NCBI RefSeq assembly: GCF_001194135.2 | Contig: NC_068990.1 | Span: forward strand, 4,907,603-4,971,602 | Length of the DNA: 64,000 nucleotides | Source: Octopus bimaculoides | Taxonomy: Eukaryota | Reading direction: 5' to 3' | Shown: in pieces, positions 25,823-40,100 of the stretch | How positions within the stretch are numbered: position 1 is the stretch's first letter | How the letters are laid out: the number at the start of each line of letters is the position of its first letter | Notes under the pieces: generated by a model | Told to the model about the DNA's origin: nothing | The model's input: only the letters and a program-made list of their open reading frames with translations | The model's database searches: none | Made by a program: the position numbers and the translations under genes

Positions 25823-28759
25823 TAACGTATCTAAAAGACACATACAAATTTATATATTTATTATCAGAGTTCCAATCTATGTGCCTACTACCCCATAGCA
25901 AAAGATGAATGAACTTGAATGCTCTGAGAGTGATTACTACTCCAAGATACACAAAGTTCAAATAAACATTGGAGTTGTAAAGATGAGGGTCTCAAAGACC
26001 TTCATGAAACTTAGGAGCAATGTATATCCTTCATTTAAATTTCTGTTCTATAACATGGCTCCATAATCTATAACATCTATGCTAAAAGATGACCAATTTT
26101 AGATTGTATAAATCAAGCCTAGTAAAAAAAGTGTGTATGATGCACAGATTCAAACTCATATATGCATGTAGGCATCTGTAATATTACTCACAGGATTACA
26201 CAATATATTAATCTGTTCAATATCTTTTAGTCTGTAATTAAAAGGTTTTCAAGATATCCTTTACTCCGCTCCACCCCACTTCCAAACACACACACACACA
26301 CCTTTCATTTTGTGAAACTCTTCATTGAAAAATCAAGATCACATTTCAAAAAAAGACTCATTATCAAAATAGCTTGCATTTTCTGTAAGGTCAATATTTT
26401 CAATAAAAGTGTATTTGTATGTGTTTGTTTACAGATGTAAACAAAAAAATGAATAGAATTTAAGTGAAATATAGTTAGAAACTCTGTATCAACATGCAGA
26501 GTTGTACATCACTATGTAGAAATTGAATATAAAGGCATTCAATAGAATGTGAGATATTAGATTAAATACCATGCTTTAGTGAGGAGCTTTATCCCAAAGA
26601 GAGTGAGAGAGAGAGGTGGGGGGAGACTTGTGTATTTTTCTGGAAATATACCATTTCAGACAATTCAGTTTTAAGATTTGTAGAGCATTCAGCCACATCC
26701 TTGCAAAGACTGTTTTATAACAAATTACTTTCTTTCTTAATCATTGTGTTCTTTATAGTGCAATGTTTAACTTGAATTCTGTGAAAGGTAAAGAGAGAGA
26801 AAAATAACATTAACATGATTAGAAACAATCCTTTCATTCAGAAATTCTCTTGAAAGACATTTTTTGAGAAATAATATAACAGTTTCCATGGCTAGAAATC
26901 AATACTAATGATCAATCCCACTTCCTAACAAATGTTATATTTCGTTGATTTTTCTTATTCAAAACTCAATTGATATTTTACCTTTTTTATTGCTTTTGTT
27001 GAAGAAATAATTTATGTGTGGTTATTTTTCATACAATGACATTTTTACACTATCTTTTTACTTTTTGTTGTAGTTGTTTATAGAGGAACTGAAAGAATCA
27101 GTAGTAATATTTTAAAAAATCATTTCCTTCATTTTATCAACTAATTCAATGAATACAAATGCTGCAGAACTGTTTTCAACAATAGACATGTATAAAATAA
27201 AGTGCAATAAAATAATAACAGATTGAGTTATCATTCAGACTGGAAATATCATTAAGATGATATTCAAGTTGGTATAAGTGTTTCTCCATTGCAGGGGAAC
27301 TTGAGTTATCAATCGTTGGGCTAGTGTAAACCTGAACTGAAGTAGAGAAAGCACAAGGAATGCTTAAGCAATGCACTCATAGAATACACTAAAATATGAT
27401 GAGCTAATGTAGAGGCCCAATGTAGTCACTTGATTTGCTTAAAACAGCAAACAAATCAAAACTCAAAATATTAAAACTGGAATATTTTGTCTGAGATATA
27501 CACTAAAACATGGTGGTGAAAGCTAGAATGGCTTTCATAATAGTTCTACTTGACATGGCAAACATTAGGTTCAACAAAAACAACAACCAAAATAAGAACC
27601 AGTAAGGATGTCGCTGTATGGTTCTCAACTTGCTAAAAATAGCAACCAAATATCATTTAAGCTATATACATCTTTTAATAAAGAAGAATGTATAGAGGAT
27701 AATGTAGTCAAAGACAATATACTGGAAAAGAAGAGGGGTAAGATGGTCATTGCTAAAATTCTTTTTATTAATGATTTGGTGGGTCAGAGCCAACCTGGGA
27801 CCAAACCACAACAACCAAAATACTCAGTTGCATATCATTTACTGGAGGAGAGGATAAGAGGACTTTTCAATAAATCAACTCAATTTTTTTCTTAAATATT
27901 TATCTTCACTCTTCTTATTGCTGTTATGTTTGGTTTAATAATTTATTGACACCAAACAACAACTTAATAACTTATTGAAACTGAAAAAATTAATATAAGT
28001 ATGAAACATTGATTTCTTCCTTCAGCATAGCTCTGAATGTTGTAATGGATAGAAAAGCAAATTGAATTAATCTCAGTACTTGCTAGTATCTACTACAAAG
28101 TAATGAAGGACAAAGTCAATTATAGTGAGATGTGATTTCAGAATGTTGACAGATGGGGCTTCTGCCAAATATCTATCAAATATGGGAATAAAGTACTAAT
28201 TATAGATTATGTTTATATCAATATATATGTGTGTATAGTATTAAACTGTATGAACTGTATCAGTTATCTATTTAATTAATTGGGTTTTATGAAGGAAGGT
28301 GTTACTCTCCAATTACTGGTCTAAAAATACAATTGTAAACTGTTATAAGGACAAATGAGAATCACTGGTAAAAGTTACATTGGCTGCACACTAATATATT
28401 TAGATATGAAAGTCTTTATACATTAGTATGATACATAAATGTAGCGAAATTAATACAGAATTGGGTTAGTTTGAATAAGATGACCTTTAGATATCAAATT
28501 ATTTCACTTGAAGTGAAGATGAGATCTTAGCCAAGAACAAATAGCCATGTTTTACATTCATTTGATATTGAAAGACCTTTAACAGGGCTACTCATCCTAT
28601 TCTGTGTTAATGTGTTGTTATGTTGTAGTAACTGTCCAGTAAGCCAGTCTGAGATGCCTTTCAATCCCCTCAATATTTCTTCTGCCTGTAATTTCTGATT
28701 GTAATCAAATTTAAAGAGGCATGAACTTTTCACTTTTCTTAAAGCAGACACCTTTGCAA

Positions 28760-29850
28760 TTCATTAAGCTTTGTAAGTTTAAATGGCCAAATCTACTGGG
28801 TATTGAGTAAACCAGTACAGCTTCTATACAAACAGACTCACTTGCAGCCAACTCTCTTATGTTACCCACCGGAGGGGTCTTGCCTTAGAGAAATTTGATA
28901 AAAGCAATACTGTTGCTCTAAATATCAGCAAAGCTTGCAACCATGTTTTACATGTAAATCACCTATTGAAATTATCCACCTATAGAATATAACCTTGTCA
29001 CATAGTTTTGAAGCAGTTTTTTCTGATCAGATCACATCATCATGATGTGTGCTGATACAGCTATTTATGCTTCACTTTCAATCAACTCTGATGTTTGATC
29101 TTGATCTTCACACTCTTCGATGTGTACAACATTGACATACTTGCTGCCATGTCCAATAATACACACTTTTATGCAGATGATACAATCGTGCATTTATTTA
29201 GGCACTATGCTCCAAATTTGCATGGATTCCATGAATAGAGACCTAAAAAGCAGTCTCCAAAAGACTCATGCCAACCTCATCCCTTTTCGCAACAAAAAGA
29301 GTAAGAACAAAAAACATCGTTAAATAACAAACCTTCAAATGTTAATCTGTGTCATCACTGAGGATGTCTCCTAGGGAAAGTATGTCCTTAACAAAGAACT
29401 GAATTCCAACAACAGCTCCTTTTCTTCAAGGCCAGGACATATTTCAGTGCCCAACAATTGCTGACACTATAAATATATTGGTCTTCCTTGCTATGGTGAT
29501 GCAGAGCCTGATCTCATCATGAATTTGAAAGCAGGTTTGCAACATCATATTACTTCAAATATCCACCACCAGTTGAATATCTTACTCAACTCTGAAGGAT
29601 CCTACGATATTATATTTGCATCTGTTATTATGTGCGCATATCAAAATATAACAGTTACTACTGACCGTTTCACAAAAGTATTTCAGTGCTGGATGGAAAA
29701 TCAATGGATTGCACTCAAACATTGAAGCTGTGCTGTGACTAAAATGTAGCTCAGTCAGTCTAGCTATAAACTTTGATTTGAAATCAGTTTATGCACCCAT
29801 CTCTCTGGAAAGTTATTGCAGTCTATACATTGCTTGCCACAGCATCACAG
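28760..29850 (+). mobile_element. CR1/L2-group LINE reverse-transcriptase relic
   Basis: TVALNISKACNHV resembles VALDISKAFDRV. FYADDT lies at 29167-29184. MDSMNRDL..ANLIPF follows. Many stops and frameshifts. Confidence 0.82.
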
Positions 29851-31925
29851 TATGATTAATGAGAATGAGGATGATGTCTTATTGTTCCTTTCTATTAAAG
29901 TATACCAGTAACTATTTATATAAACATGTATTTACATACAAAACTAAAGCATTTTTCATTCAAGTGATTCCTTATGTATATAAAAAAAGGTAAACATTTT
30001 CTTTAGATCTCTTTCAAAGTTTGGAAAATTGTATTAATTTTGAAAAATGGTGAATTATAAAAATTTTATCAACAATTTTTTTTACTGTTAAGTACTTGTT
30101 TTTAGATAAAGAAGCAAATACATACTGAAAATATATAACTGAAGCCCGAAAGGGGGGGGGGGCACATATGAAAATATTTAATCCATTCTGTGTTTGCAAT
30201 TTTATATTGTTCCAGTATATTAGAAAAGTTAGGAGCTTCTCCCAAAATATATATTCTGACAACTTTTACTTGAAACTTTGGAATCTATTTTCTGAACTAT
30301 AAAAATAATGACAAGTACTTATATATCTTATACCAATAAAATGTTTTAATGCCACAATTTCTTACATTGAATCATTTTTTTAAGGATCCTTTTAAGAAAT
30401 TTTTCTAGCTGCATGTTTTGCAATAAATTCTTCTCAAAAATCAAAATGTATTATAACTTTATTCCTTGTAAAACTAAGAGTATATCTGATTTAGGATGAA
30501 AACTTATTCTTGCAATGAAGATTGTTTTCAGCTAAGCTTAAGTTAATGAGACTATGATATAATCAGAAACTGAATTCTCAGAATTTGAAGTTTTCTTCAA
30601 ATCTCTTTATATACTCTCAGTTATACACCTTATAATGTATAATGAAATGAAACTAATCTCTGCAACAGAGCTATGTGCATTTAATCTAAAAAATAGATTT
30701 CCTCATACACAGTGAAGTGTAATGCAAATTTAATTCCAATTGCATTATGTTAAAGCAGTCTGGAGAAGTTTTAGGAAATATCTTACAAAGAGAGATGCTA
30801 CAATACTAGCCTCAAAGAAAAGATGACAAAAAGCCAGTATAGATGTTACAAGGGACTTTTCTAATACACGTCAGTATAGGGAAATAAACATTAAGCATTG
30901 ATAAAGAGGATGATGGTGGTAAACAGAATCCTTTGTATATAACAGGTTGTCTAAAAAAGGAATATGTCTAAATCTTGTATTACAAAAGTAAAATATGTTG
31001 GATTTCAGGAATGTCAAAGTCTAAATCAGTAAATTGCTTAGATACTAACATGTGATCACACACTTTTATTAACATGGGTTATAAAGCAAAACAATTTTAA
31101 TGGCAGGCCTAATTATGCTTCTGCACAATAGATTAAATATTTTATGTATTCTAATGTATTAGATCATTTAGGGCACTCACTTTATGTTACTTCTGGAATA
31201 TGAAACAAAGCAATAGTTACAACCATTTCCAAATAGGGTGTGATTTGAGGGAGATTAAGCTGCCGGTTCTAACAAGTCAAGGAAGCCTCTAAGCAAATCC
31301 CGGCTTACTGCAGTCGAATAATTTTACTTTTTGTCTAGCTATAATGAAAATGTACCAGGTATATTTAATTAAATTTTCTCTGGTGTGGAACTGATACTTA
31401 TCCCTTTTACTTATGAGAGATAAATAACAAAGGCAGACGTGAGAATGACTCAAAGTCCATGGAGCAGGGTTCGAAATTAGATGCATCAACTGATGAATGT
31501 TGACCATAGTTTTACTATTATTTCAGTACAAAGAACACTGAGTTGCCTGGTTATTGAGTGCATAGAAACAGTTCTTTTGTTTGTTAAATTAAATGTTATA
31601 ACAAATTGTAAAAGTCTTTACATAATTCTTTTAGTGTCTAATTAGATTTGCATATACATTATCTAAAACGTAATATTTAACAGACTGATAGATACAGAAT
31701 AATACCTGAAATATTTTATAAATATAAAATTCAAATGTGACACAATTAAAGAAAACATTATTATTTAAATTTCATGATATTTTGAAGATATGATTTTTAA
31801 TTCTTAACATTCTGTTGGTAATTTTCGAAGTCAAATATTGAGTCCTGTAAAAATTTAGAAGAAAATACTTAAAACCTTGAAAGGATTAATTTATTTAAAT
31901 GCAAACAAGATATTTATATATTTCC

Positions 31926-32098
31926 AAAAGCACCCACTACACTCTCGGAGTGGTTGGCGTTAGGAAGGGCATCCAGCTGTAGAAACTCTGCCAAATCAGA
32001 TTGGAGCCTGGTGTAGCCATCTGGTTTGCCAGTCCTCAGTCAAATCGTCCAACCCATGCTAGCATGGAAAGCAGATGTTAAACGATGATGATGATGAT
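31926..32098 (+). mobile_element. Isolated RTE 3'-tail copy
   Basis: Near-identical to the tail at 18824-19005 and ends in (GAT)n. Confidence 0.9.
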
Positions 32099-32137
32099 CA
32101 TCATCATAAAAGTAGGTTATTAATACAGAAAAAATTA

Positions 32138-32350
32138 AGGTGGTGAGCTGGAAGAATCATTAGCATGCCTGGTGAAATTCTTAGTGGCATTTCATCTTTT
32201 ATGTACTGAGTTCAAATTCAGCTAAGGTTGGCTTAACTTGTCACCCTTTCAGGATTGATAAAATAAGTACCAGTTGAGCACTAAGGTAAATGTAATTCAC
32301 TTACCCCTTCCCTTGTACTTGCTGATTTTGTGCCAAAATTTGAAATCATT
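32138..32350 (+). mobile_element. tRNA-derived SINE, second family
   Basis: Head AAGGTGGTGAGCTGG, B-box-like GAGTTCAAATTC, and central CCTTTCAGGATTGATAAAATAAGTACCAG. Paralogous to 49895-50113 and 58925-59140. Confidence 0.8.
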
Positions 32351-32889
32351 ATTACAGGAAAGATTTAGTTTTTCTTTTTACTGTATATATCTTTACAAAA
32401 AGTAATACTGTGTAGGTGTGAATGTTAAATCCTCATATGATAATAACTAGACAAATAAAACAAGATAAACTCAAAGAAAGCAATGCGAAGATATTAATAA
32501 TATAATTGGTACAGCTGAGGGGTATCTACTACACATACACACACACACACACATATTTGGCCATATAAGACTTCTTGTTTCAGTGGGAGAAGGGCTGATC
32601 AGTCCAAAGTCTTATACAAATCAAAACACAAATATGAATCTCAAACAAAAAGTCTTTTCATCAATTGACAGCATACAGAACAAATATCATATGAAACTCG
32701 AAAAAACATTCTTTCAATTATTCAGTCCAACATTTTGCCAACAGACATTAGCATACTTTTGCTTAATATTTAATATTGCTACAATACTTAGTCACATTTG
32801 GTCTATCATTATTTGTCTGAAGCTACAAAAGAAGTACTCCATAGAAACATGATGCAGCTGAAATGATTGTCAAGATACCAGTAATTTAT

Positions 32890-33245
32890 TTAACCCTTTC
32901 GTTACCATATTTCTAACCAAATTACACCCCTTATGTGTTTCAATTAATTTCTAACATAATCATAAATTTAGGCTGGTTTCATTAAACAACTCTAACTTTT
33001 TTTATTTATCAACATATTAATGTGATTTTTGGAAGATAAATTAACGAAAGGTTCTCAACCAATTCTATACCAAAATTTTTGTCACAAAGTGACTTTAATT
33101 ACAGGTAAATACAGGTAAATTCAACAAAATATAAAATTATTTAAATTTTTGTTCAAACATCGCTATAGAAAATGGGTTATTAGCTAATATTCAATTGGGT
33201 ATACAACAAAATATTATTATAGAAGAGTTGTGCACATTACTGGAT
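32890..33245 (+). mobile_element. Left end of a putative piggyBac-type non-autonomous element, running into a gap
   Basis: TTAA followed by CCCTTTCGTTACC. The partner TIR is not visible. Confidence 0.45.
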
Positions 33246-33958
33246 NNNNNNNNNNNNNNNNNNNNNNNNNNNNNNNNNNNNNNNNNNNNNNNNNNNNNNN
33301 NNNNNNNNNNNNNNNNNNNNNNNNNNNNNNNNNNNNNNNNNNNNNNNNNNNNNNNNNNNNNNNNNNNNNNNNNNNNNNNNNNNNNNNNNNNNNNNNNNNN
33401 NNNNNNNNNNNNNNNNNNNNNNNNNNNNNNNNNNNNNNNNNNNNNNNNNNNNNNNNNNNNNNNNNNNNNNNNNNNNNNNNNNNNNNNNNNNNNNNNNNNN
33501 NNNNNNNNNNNNNNNNNNNNNNNNNNNNNNNNNNNNNNNNNNNNNNNNNNNNNNNNNNNNNNNNNNNNNNNNNNNNNNNNNNNNNNNNNNNNNNNNNNNN
33601 NNNNNNNNNNNNNNNNNNNNNNNNNNNNNNNNNNNNNNNNNNNNNNNNNNNNNNNNNNNNNNNNNNNNNNNNNNNNNNNNNNNNNNNNNNNNNNNNNNNN
33701 NNNNNNNNNNNNNNNNNNNNNNNNNNNNNNNNNNNNNNNNNNNNNNNNNNNNNNNNNNNNNNNNNNNNNNNNNNNNNNNNNNNNNNNNNNNNNNNNNNNN
33801 NNNNNNNNNNNNNNNNNNNNNNNNNNNNNNNNNNNNNNNNNNNNNNNNNNNNNNNNNNNNNNNNNNNNNNNNNNNNNNNNNNNNNNNNNNNNNNNNNNNN
33901 NNNNNNNNNNNNNNNNNNNNNNNNNNNNNNNNNNNNNNNNNNNNNNNNNNNNNNNNNN
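33246..33958. other. Assembly gap
   Basis: N run. Confidence 1.
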
Positions 33959-34274
33959 GAATTCTGACTCGCTGCTTGACAATAAAATTCGTATCCATTT
34001 TTTTGTCAGGATTACAAATTTTGAAAACACAACAGGAACAAATTTGGAAAAAAATCTCCCAAAATTCACAAAATTAAAAAAACACGTTGATCGTCGTACA
34101 AAACTATTGCTGAACCGTTTACACAAATAATCACGTGTTTTCACGAATGTTCTAACGAGATTTGCTCGGATATTCTCATTTCAATATGAATAGGTGATTA
34201 CGGGCGGTTTTGGGCGGCATGGTCACATGAACCAAAATTTTTTTCGGGCGGCTTTGGGCGGTTTGGTAATCCTG
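33959..34274. mobile_element. CpG-rich end of a probable young DNA transposon (CAG-type terminus, hAT-like by inference)
   Basis: The terminus reads CAGGATTACCAAACCGCCC on the minus strand. Two subterminal repeats CGGGCGG(T/C)TTTGGGCGG lie at 34201 and 34245. Confidence 0.5.
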
Positions 34275-36493
34275 ACTGATATTACTATAGAGTTCAGAGT
34301 GAGTATGTTTGGCTATCCCCTGAAATCATACACTCAGTGCTACATCAAAGACAAAATATCCTTCTTGGAAAGTTCTGGGATCTTCTGCAATGAATGAACA
34401 TAGAATGGAATGTAACAAGAAAGTTAACCCAAAGAAATAAGAGCATTAGCTTAATCTCGCTACTCCTGCAGAAAAAAAAAGTGGGGGGAACAAATTCAAG
34501 TAAATTGTCCATAAAGAATTTTGGTAGACTTTTTAACAGAAATTAATTTACTGTCATTGCTAATTTGTTGATCTCTTTTGCTTTCTTTGTACAATATTTT
34601 TCTCTTGCTTTGCTCAAATATTCACTAGTGTATCATTCAAATTTGGAAGACAGTTGTCTCCAATTCCCACTTACTCTTATATTCCTATATTTATATATTT
34701 TTTATTACAACTGACTGATCAATGGTCATGTGAAATTCTGAATAACTATTTGTGAAGATTTTTTTGACATTAATAAAAGCATATTATTCTATCTTTGATA
34801 TTCAAACACTAATTATTTCCACTTTGTTTTTCATTTATGCCTTTACTCATGCATGGTTATATAAGTCAATGGGGGTCAACTGAATCCCAAATATATACAG
34901 ACTAGAATATGGAGGCAACACACACGAGAAAAGTAAAATTATTCACTGTAAAAATACTCAAAGGAAACCAAAAGCAATGGGAAAAATCTTTATGTCAAAA
35001 TATAATTTCAAATATTTGAAAACAACTAATGAAAGTTATGCTTCTTCATAATTTTTTTGTGTCATAATTTCTTTGTGTGGAATGTTATAAGAACCTCAAA
35101 ATTAGCTTTGAGAATTTAATTAAGTGCTGCATGTGAATTAAAATACCCTAAGGGGGTTTTATAGCATTTAATTCTATTTAAAATTATTACAATAATTAAA
35201 ATTAAACTATTCATTGCAGTGTTCTTTATAAGAAGTGTTCTTTAAGAGAGAGTAGGGAACAAAATTACAAAGAAACAATCTTAATATTACAAGCTATATT
35301 GATGAAGGAAATTGCATATGAAAGATGTTAGTAAATTGTTTTCGTACATCCGTCCATACTGGTTACATTGTTTCTTTGAAGTAGAAAAAGTAGTATAAAA
35401 AGAAGAATAAAAAGAGCCATAAAAGCATAATATCTTCTTTTGAAGAATAACATATCTGAAAGTGCTTTTTGTTTGACATATTAAATAGTTGCACTTTGTA
35501 ATAGCAATATTATACCCAAAAGAAATTTATATAGTTCAAGATGGGAAACCAAATGCAATATTTTCTCGTAAATATGCAGCCTCTATTTTTATGTTAGATA
35601 TCTATTTATTCTCTACATGTTTATTTCATTACTATTCTCTTTAGAAACGCATACATTTCATCATTTTCTAGGGAATGGCATTAGGAGGTAAATAATAAAT
35701 AAATTATGGCCAACCAAAAAATATAAAAATATATATTCTGGAAATGTAAACACCTTTTAATAAACTAAGAATAAAAATAGACATTATTTTTTAATGGGAT
35801 GCTATCCATGTAGGAAGTCATTGTATTCGGAATAATGTTAACTTAACGGAAGCTGACAGCCTGGAATAATGAAAAATTAGTTTTTCATTTATTTGTTTCA
35901 TTATTAGATTGAAAAACTTTTGTAAAGGATTCACGTACTTCCCCATGCTTGCTATTAATTTTCTATATAAACAATTACAATTTTCTTTCAAACTTTAAAA
36001 TGCAGTCCAGATACTTTCATTACAAAGATATATCAATCTTAAATTATTAAATCTGATCTTCCCTACTTCACAGTTTAAATTAGTATTTCAAAACATATTT
36101 TGCAAATCTCCTTATTTTAACAAATGACATGACCATGGCATCTAACATCAGTAATAATATTGTTTTTATGTTTTGTTTTTTTTAAATGTTGATGGCACTT
36201 TATATATAATTTGAGGAGTAGGCTGTTGCACACAAGATATCACATGCAGTCAACAATAAGATAATAACTAGACTTTGGTTCCATTGACATGGAAAACTGA
36301 TACAATTGGTAAACACTGGTCATAAGCTGAGTACTAAAGTAGTTTCTCCTGACACAAATCACTATAAATTGAACTATTCATTTTATAAAGGCTATAGTTG
36401 TTTACAATAGTAAGTTACTGTTCCAACTCTGCAGTAGTGTAGTGGACTAAGTGAAGTATTATGACTATATATATCTGTCTGTCTACCTGCCTC

Positions 36494-36566
<73 letters not shown>

Positions 36567-36589
36567 TGTCAATGTATCATATATCCCAA

Positions 36590-37447
36590 AAAGAAGCACA
36601 CTCCAAAGTACAGAGCAGTAAAGTATTAAAGTAATAAAGTTAATGTCTGGTCATAGAGTGAGCAATGGTTTGTGGACGACTCATCAGCCTCTAGTCTGAA
36701 GTCAAAATTAACTCTTCACCTCTGGGACGTAGAAAGCCGTTATGGTGATTGGTCAATTTGTCATCAGAGAATAAAAAGTTTGGTGTTAGTGAGAACGGGT
36801 TATCTCCCATAGACCAGCTATTTCTGAACCTGGAGAGGGAAAATAAGGGATCCATCTCTTGGGCTGTTATTGGATTGTAAGGAATTTTCCAGGTTTAGTC
36901 AGTGAACAGGGAATCCCATGCTTGCAGTAGGTAGTGATTGAAATGGAGGCATGGTGTGAAGATTTCTTGGTGAGCATTCAGTGACCAAGGTCTCAGGGAC
37001 TCTTTGAGTACCCTAGCTCACTCAGCTATGAAAAGCTTGCAGCATACGCTTGTGCAACTACAGGTCCTCTATTAGGGTTCCAGAAAGATGATTTGTCTCA
37101 TCACTGGCCAGCAATGTGTGGCACCTCAAAGATGAAGGGGCCCCATATGATATCAAGTGGAAGATTTTAAAACAGCCTGGACTCTACATCAGCGAGAGCA
37201 TACAACTAGGCCCAGAAGAGTCCTTATGACCCAATAACAGCCCAAGGGATAGATCCCTCACTCCTCTCTCCAGGAGCTGGAGCTTTTCTTCTTTGATGAC
37301 CAATGACCATAACCATTTTCTACCTCCCAGAGGTGAAGTGTTAGTTTTGTCTTCAAACTAGAAACTAATGAGTTGTCCACCATGCCTTCATGGATACGAA
37401 ACCAATGGTCACTATGACCAGACATTAATTTTATTACTTTAATAATA
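36590..37447. mobile_element. Penelope-like element with inverted terminal repeats flanking a GIY-YIG C-terminal remnant
   Basis: Arms ~36620-36900 and ~37200-37447 are diverged inverted copies. The plus-strand core reads WHLKDEGAPYDIKWKILKQ. Confidence 0.85.
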
Positions 37448-37454
37448 TATGCTT

Positions 37455-37662
37455 GTCGCCAGTACCGCCTGACTGGCCCTCATGCCGGTGGCACATAAAA
37501 GCACCCACTACACTCTCGGAGTGGTTGGCGTTAGGAAGGGCATCCAGCTGTAGAAACTCTGCCAGATCAGATTGGAGCCTGGTACAGCCATCTGGCTTGC
37601 CAGTCCTCAGTCAAACCGTCAAACCGTCAAACCCATGCCAGCATGGCTAGTGGACGTTAAAC
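37455..37662 (+). mobile_element. RTE 3'-tail copy
   Basis: Same tail as 18824-18980, including the upstream GCCAGTACCGCCTGACTGGC unit. Confidence 0.88.
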
Positions 37663-37678
37663 AAAACAAACGATATAT

Positions 37679-37714
<36 letters not shown>

Positions 37715-38494
37715 GAGTATATATACATACATATATATATTATATATGTATCTATAATACAGTACTTGACAAAGACATAGGTGAGGGACCCAGTTGTGCA
37801 CATAGAGTGCAAGCATGTGCTATCACAACCTCAGTTGTGTGCACAGACATTATACTGTTTTGAACTTCAGTCATCCCATGCTAGCATAGCCAGGTAGTGT
37901 CTTCTCAAACACTGTTTTCTGAAATGATTAAAACAATATTAGACTGAGCTAATGTTGTTTTGATCCTCATTTCACAAGTATTTAGAATGAACCTTTTTAA
38001 TACTCACTGAATTAATTATATTAACACTAACTTAACATTGATGTCTACAGTCTGATCAATGTCTAGTAATATTCTAATAACATATGTGAAGCATTCAAAT
38101 ATCCAAATAAAATATAATCCTTATATCTGTTTTTTTTCTTTTTTATATATACCCTTTTATACTTTCCTTTAATATAAGTTATGACATTAATACTGTATCA
38201 AATTTTAACTTTAAAACAATTCCTTTAAATAAATTCATAATTTCTAATTCACATCTCATGCTACTTGATATAATATATGGTGCTTCTGTCAGTCGAGGTT
38301 GACTGGATAAGATCTTTTTGTGGAAGACAAGCAGAAGCCCATACATACAGTTTTCCCTCTTTCATCTATACCAATGCTTATTGGAATAAAGACCATCAAC
38401 TTGGGACAAATATATTTTGGCAACAGTGTCATCATAGGTGTTGCTGTCAGAGCATCAAGAGCCAGAAAAAACACTGCAAGGCATCTTGCTTGAC

Positions 38495-38655
38495 CCTTTA
38501 ATAGTTCTGATATCCACTACAATGGACTGGTGTCAACTACGAAAAAATTAAAGGCAAAGCTGACTTTGGTGTGATCTGAACTCAGAATGCAGAGAGTTGT
38601 AACAAATTCTATGAGCCATTCTATCCAGCTATAAGTTTCGCTAGTTAACTGCCTT
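38495..38655 (-). mobile_element. Decayed SINE fragment of the 32138 family
   Basis: AAAGGCAAAGCTGACTTTGGTGTGATCTGAACTCAGAATG is the reverse complement of that family's head and core. Confidence 0.55.
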
Positions 38656-39479
38656 TGATATACAACAAGTGCATTATATATTCAAAGATACATTTACCAT
38701 TATTTTCTATGAATAACCATGGCAGACCTATAACATTGCAGTGAATGTACTCTGTGCTGAGCCTAAGAAATATTTTGTTGTTTAGCAGCAATATTTATTC
38801 TATTAGTTGTTATTATGCATGATAAACATACTTCTGTTAGTGAGAATAGTCAGAAATGACAACTGTAGTAAGAATCCCTTTCTTTCATTATGATCCCATT
38901 GCATGTATCAAAATAGTTGCAATTGCATTGCAATCTGTCTATCACTGAAACTGTTCTTACATAAATGTACATAAAAATTGAAGTGCATATGAAACATATG
39001 TACTTAATATTGCTCTCAATAATCAATAACCCTTGTCATATTTTATTTCAAATATTACTGGAACGGATTTGCTGTCTATACATAAATGAATGTGTCCGGC
39101 CAAGTTATTTAAATGATGACATGATGTTATTCTGCATCTCTTTGATGTGTTTTCATAAGTTTTCTATTTATTTGGTATTCCAGAAACGCACAATAGATCC
39201 TACTCTGCAGATTTATTCTTTTTTAACTGAACCAAAATGCAACATATAACAATATATCACATTTGTTTTCTTTCCGTTTTAGTTTCATCAATGTAGAAAG
39301 GGACATATTTTTGCTACCTAATTACAAGTAAATGGATATTGAATAGCTTCAAATTATTTTATACAATGTTTCTAGCATGTCAGAGGCACTAGGCATAGTT
39401 TTGTTAATAAGGCTCTCTAAACGCTTTAAGAAAAGGAGCAGATATTTTGCTATATGCTGACATTTTATTCACAATCAAC

Positions 39480-40100
39480 CAAATATTTTTTATGAGGCAA
39501 AATTAAAGACAAACTATTCTATCATAATGAGTAAGAATGAAATATGCTTATAAATCACACGGATGATATTTCTTGGGAAAGAAGTAAGGATGATGGATTG
39601 AAAGACTGAAGTAATTAATATGAAATTTTGTTAGTGAAAATAAAATGGAAAGAAGTTTCTAATATAATGCAATTCACAAAATTAAAAAAATCTGTATAAA
39701 ATGGTTTACAGATATAGATTAGAGATGTAATATTAGCAAAAAACAGAGAGTTATCTGTATCTGGTTTTAGTAGAAACATGCAATAAACAGCAAGTTTGTA
39801 TTAGCATAATCCTTATGAATTCATTAAAAGAAGGCAGGACAGAGAGGTCATAGCTGATAGGTCAAGTGACCACATACAAGCTTGTATGAATAGCAGACTT
39901 ATTGAACTTGGTAGCTGATTGCAAGAATTATCATATTAAAAATAGTCGTCTTTTTTGTGATTTATTGGTGGCTTTCAAAGAGGTGTTAGCCTTTCTTGCA
40001 AAGATACTGAAGATCAAGCATTCTAAAAGACAAATGTATAGAAGAATTCTTACTTGAGTAGAAATCATTTTGGCAACAAATTAGAATGCATGGTTGATAA
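39480..40100 (+). mobile_element. Very decayed LINE RT-like remnant
   Basis: Only weak motif echoes (SDHIQA resembling TxDHI; an F.DF.K.F-like stretch). Clade is unassignable. Confidence 0.3.

Noticed and set aside
27608-27895. 95-aa ORF
   Set aside because: It overlaps a dispersed repeat motif (GCTA(G/A)AAATAGCA(G/A)CCAAA, related sequence near 24050 and 58482), and the protein is unrecognisable.
30146-30162. CCC-GAAA-GGG tetraloop plus G run
   Set aside because: A 3-bp stem with no ribozyme core nearby is trivial.
34007-34274. Self-contained MITE bounded by CAGGATTAC inverted repeats
   Set aside because: The flanks (TTTTTTGT versus ACTGATAT) show no target-site duplication, and similar sequence continues left into the gap.
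38277-38501. Overlapping ORFs on both strands
   Set aside because: No recognisable motif or splice structure; they are explained by locally higher GC.
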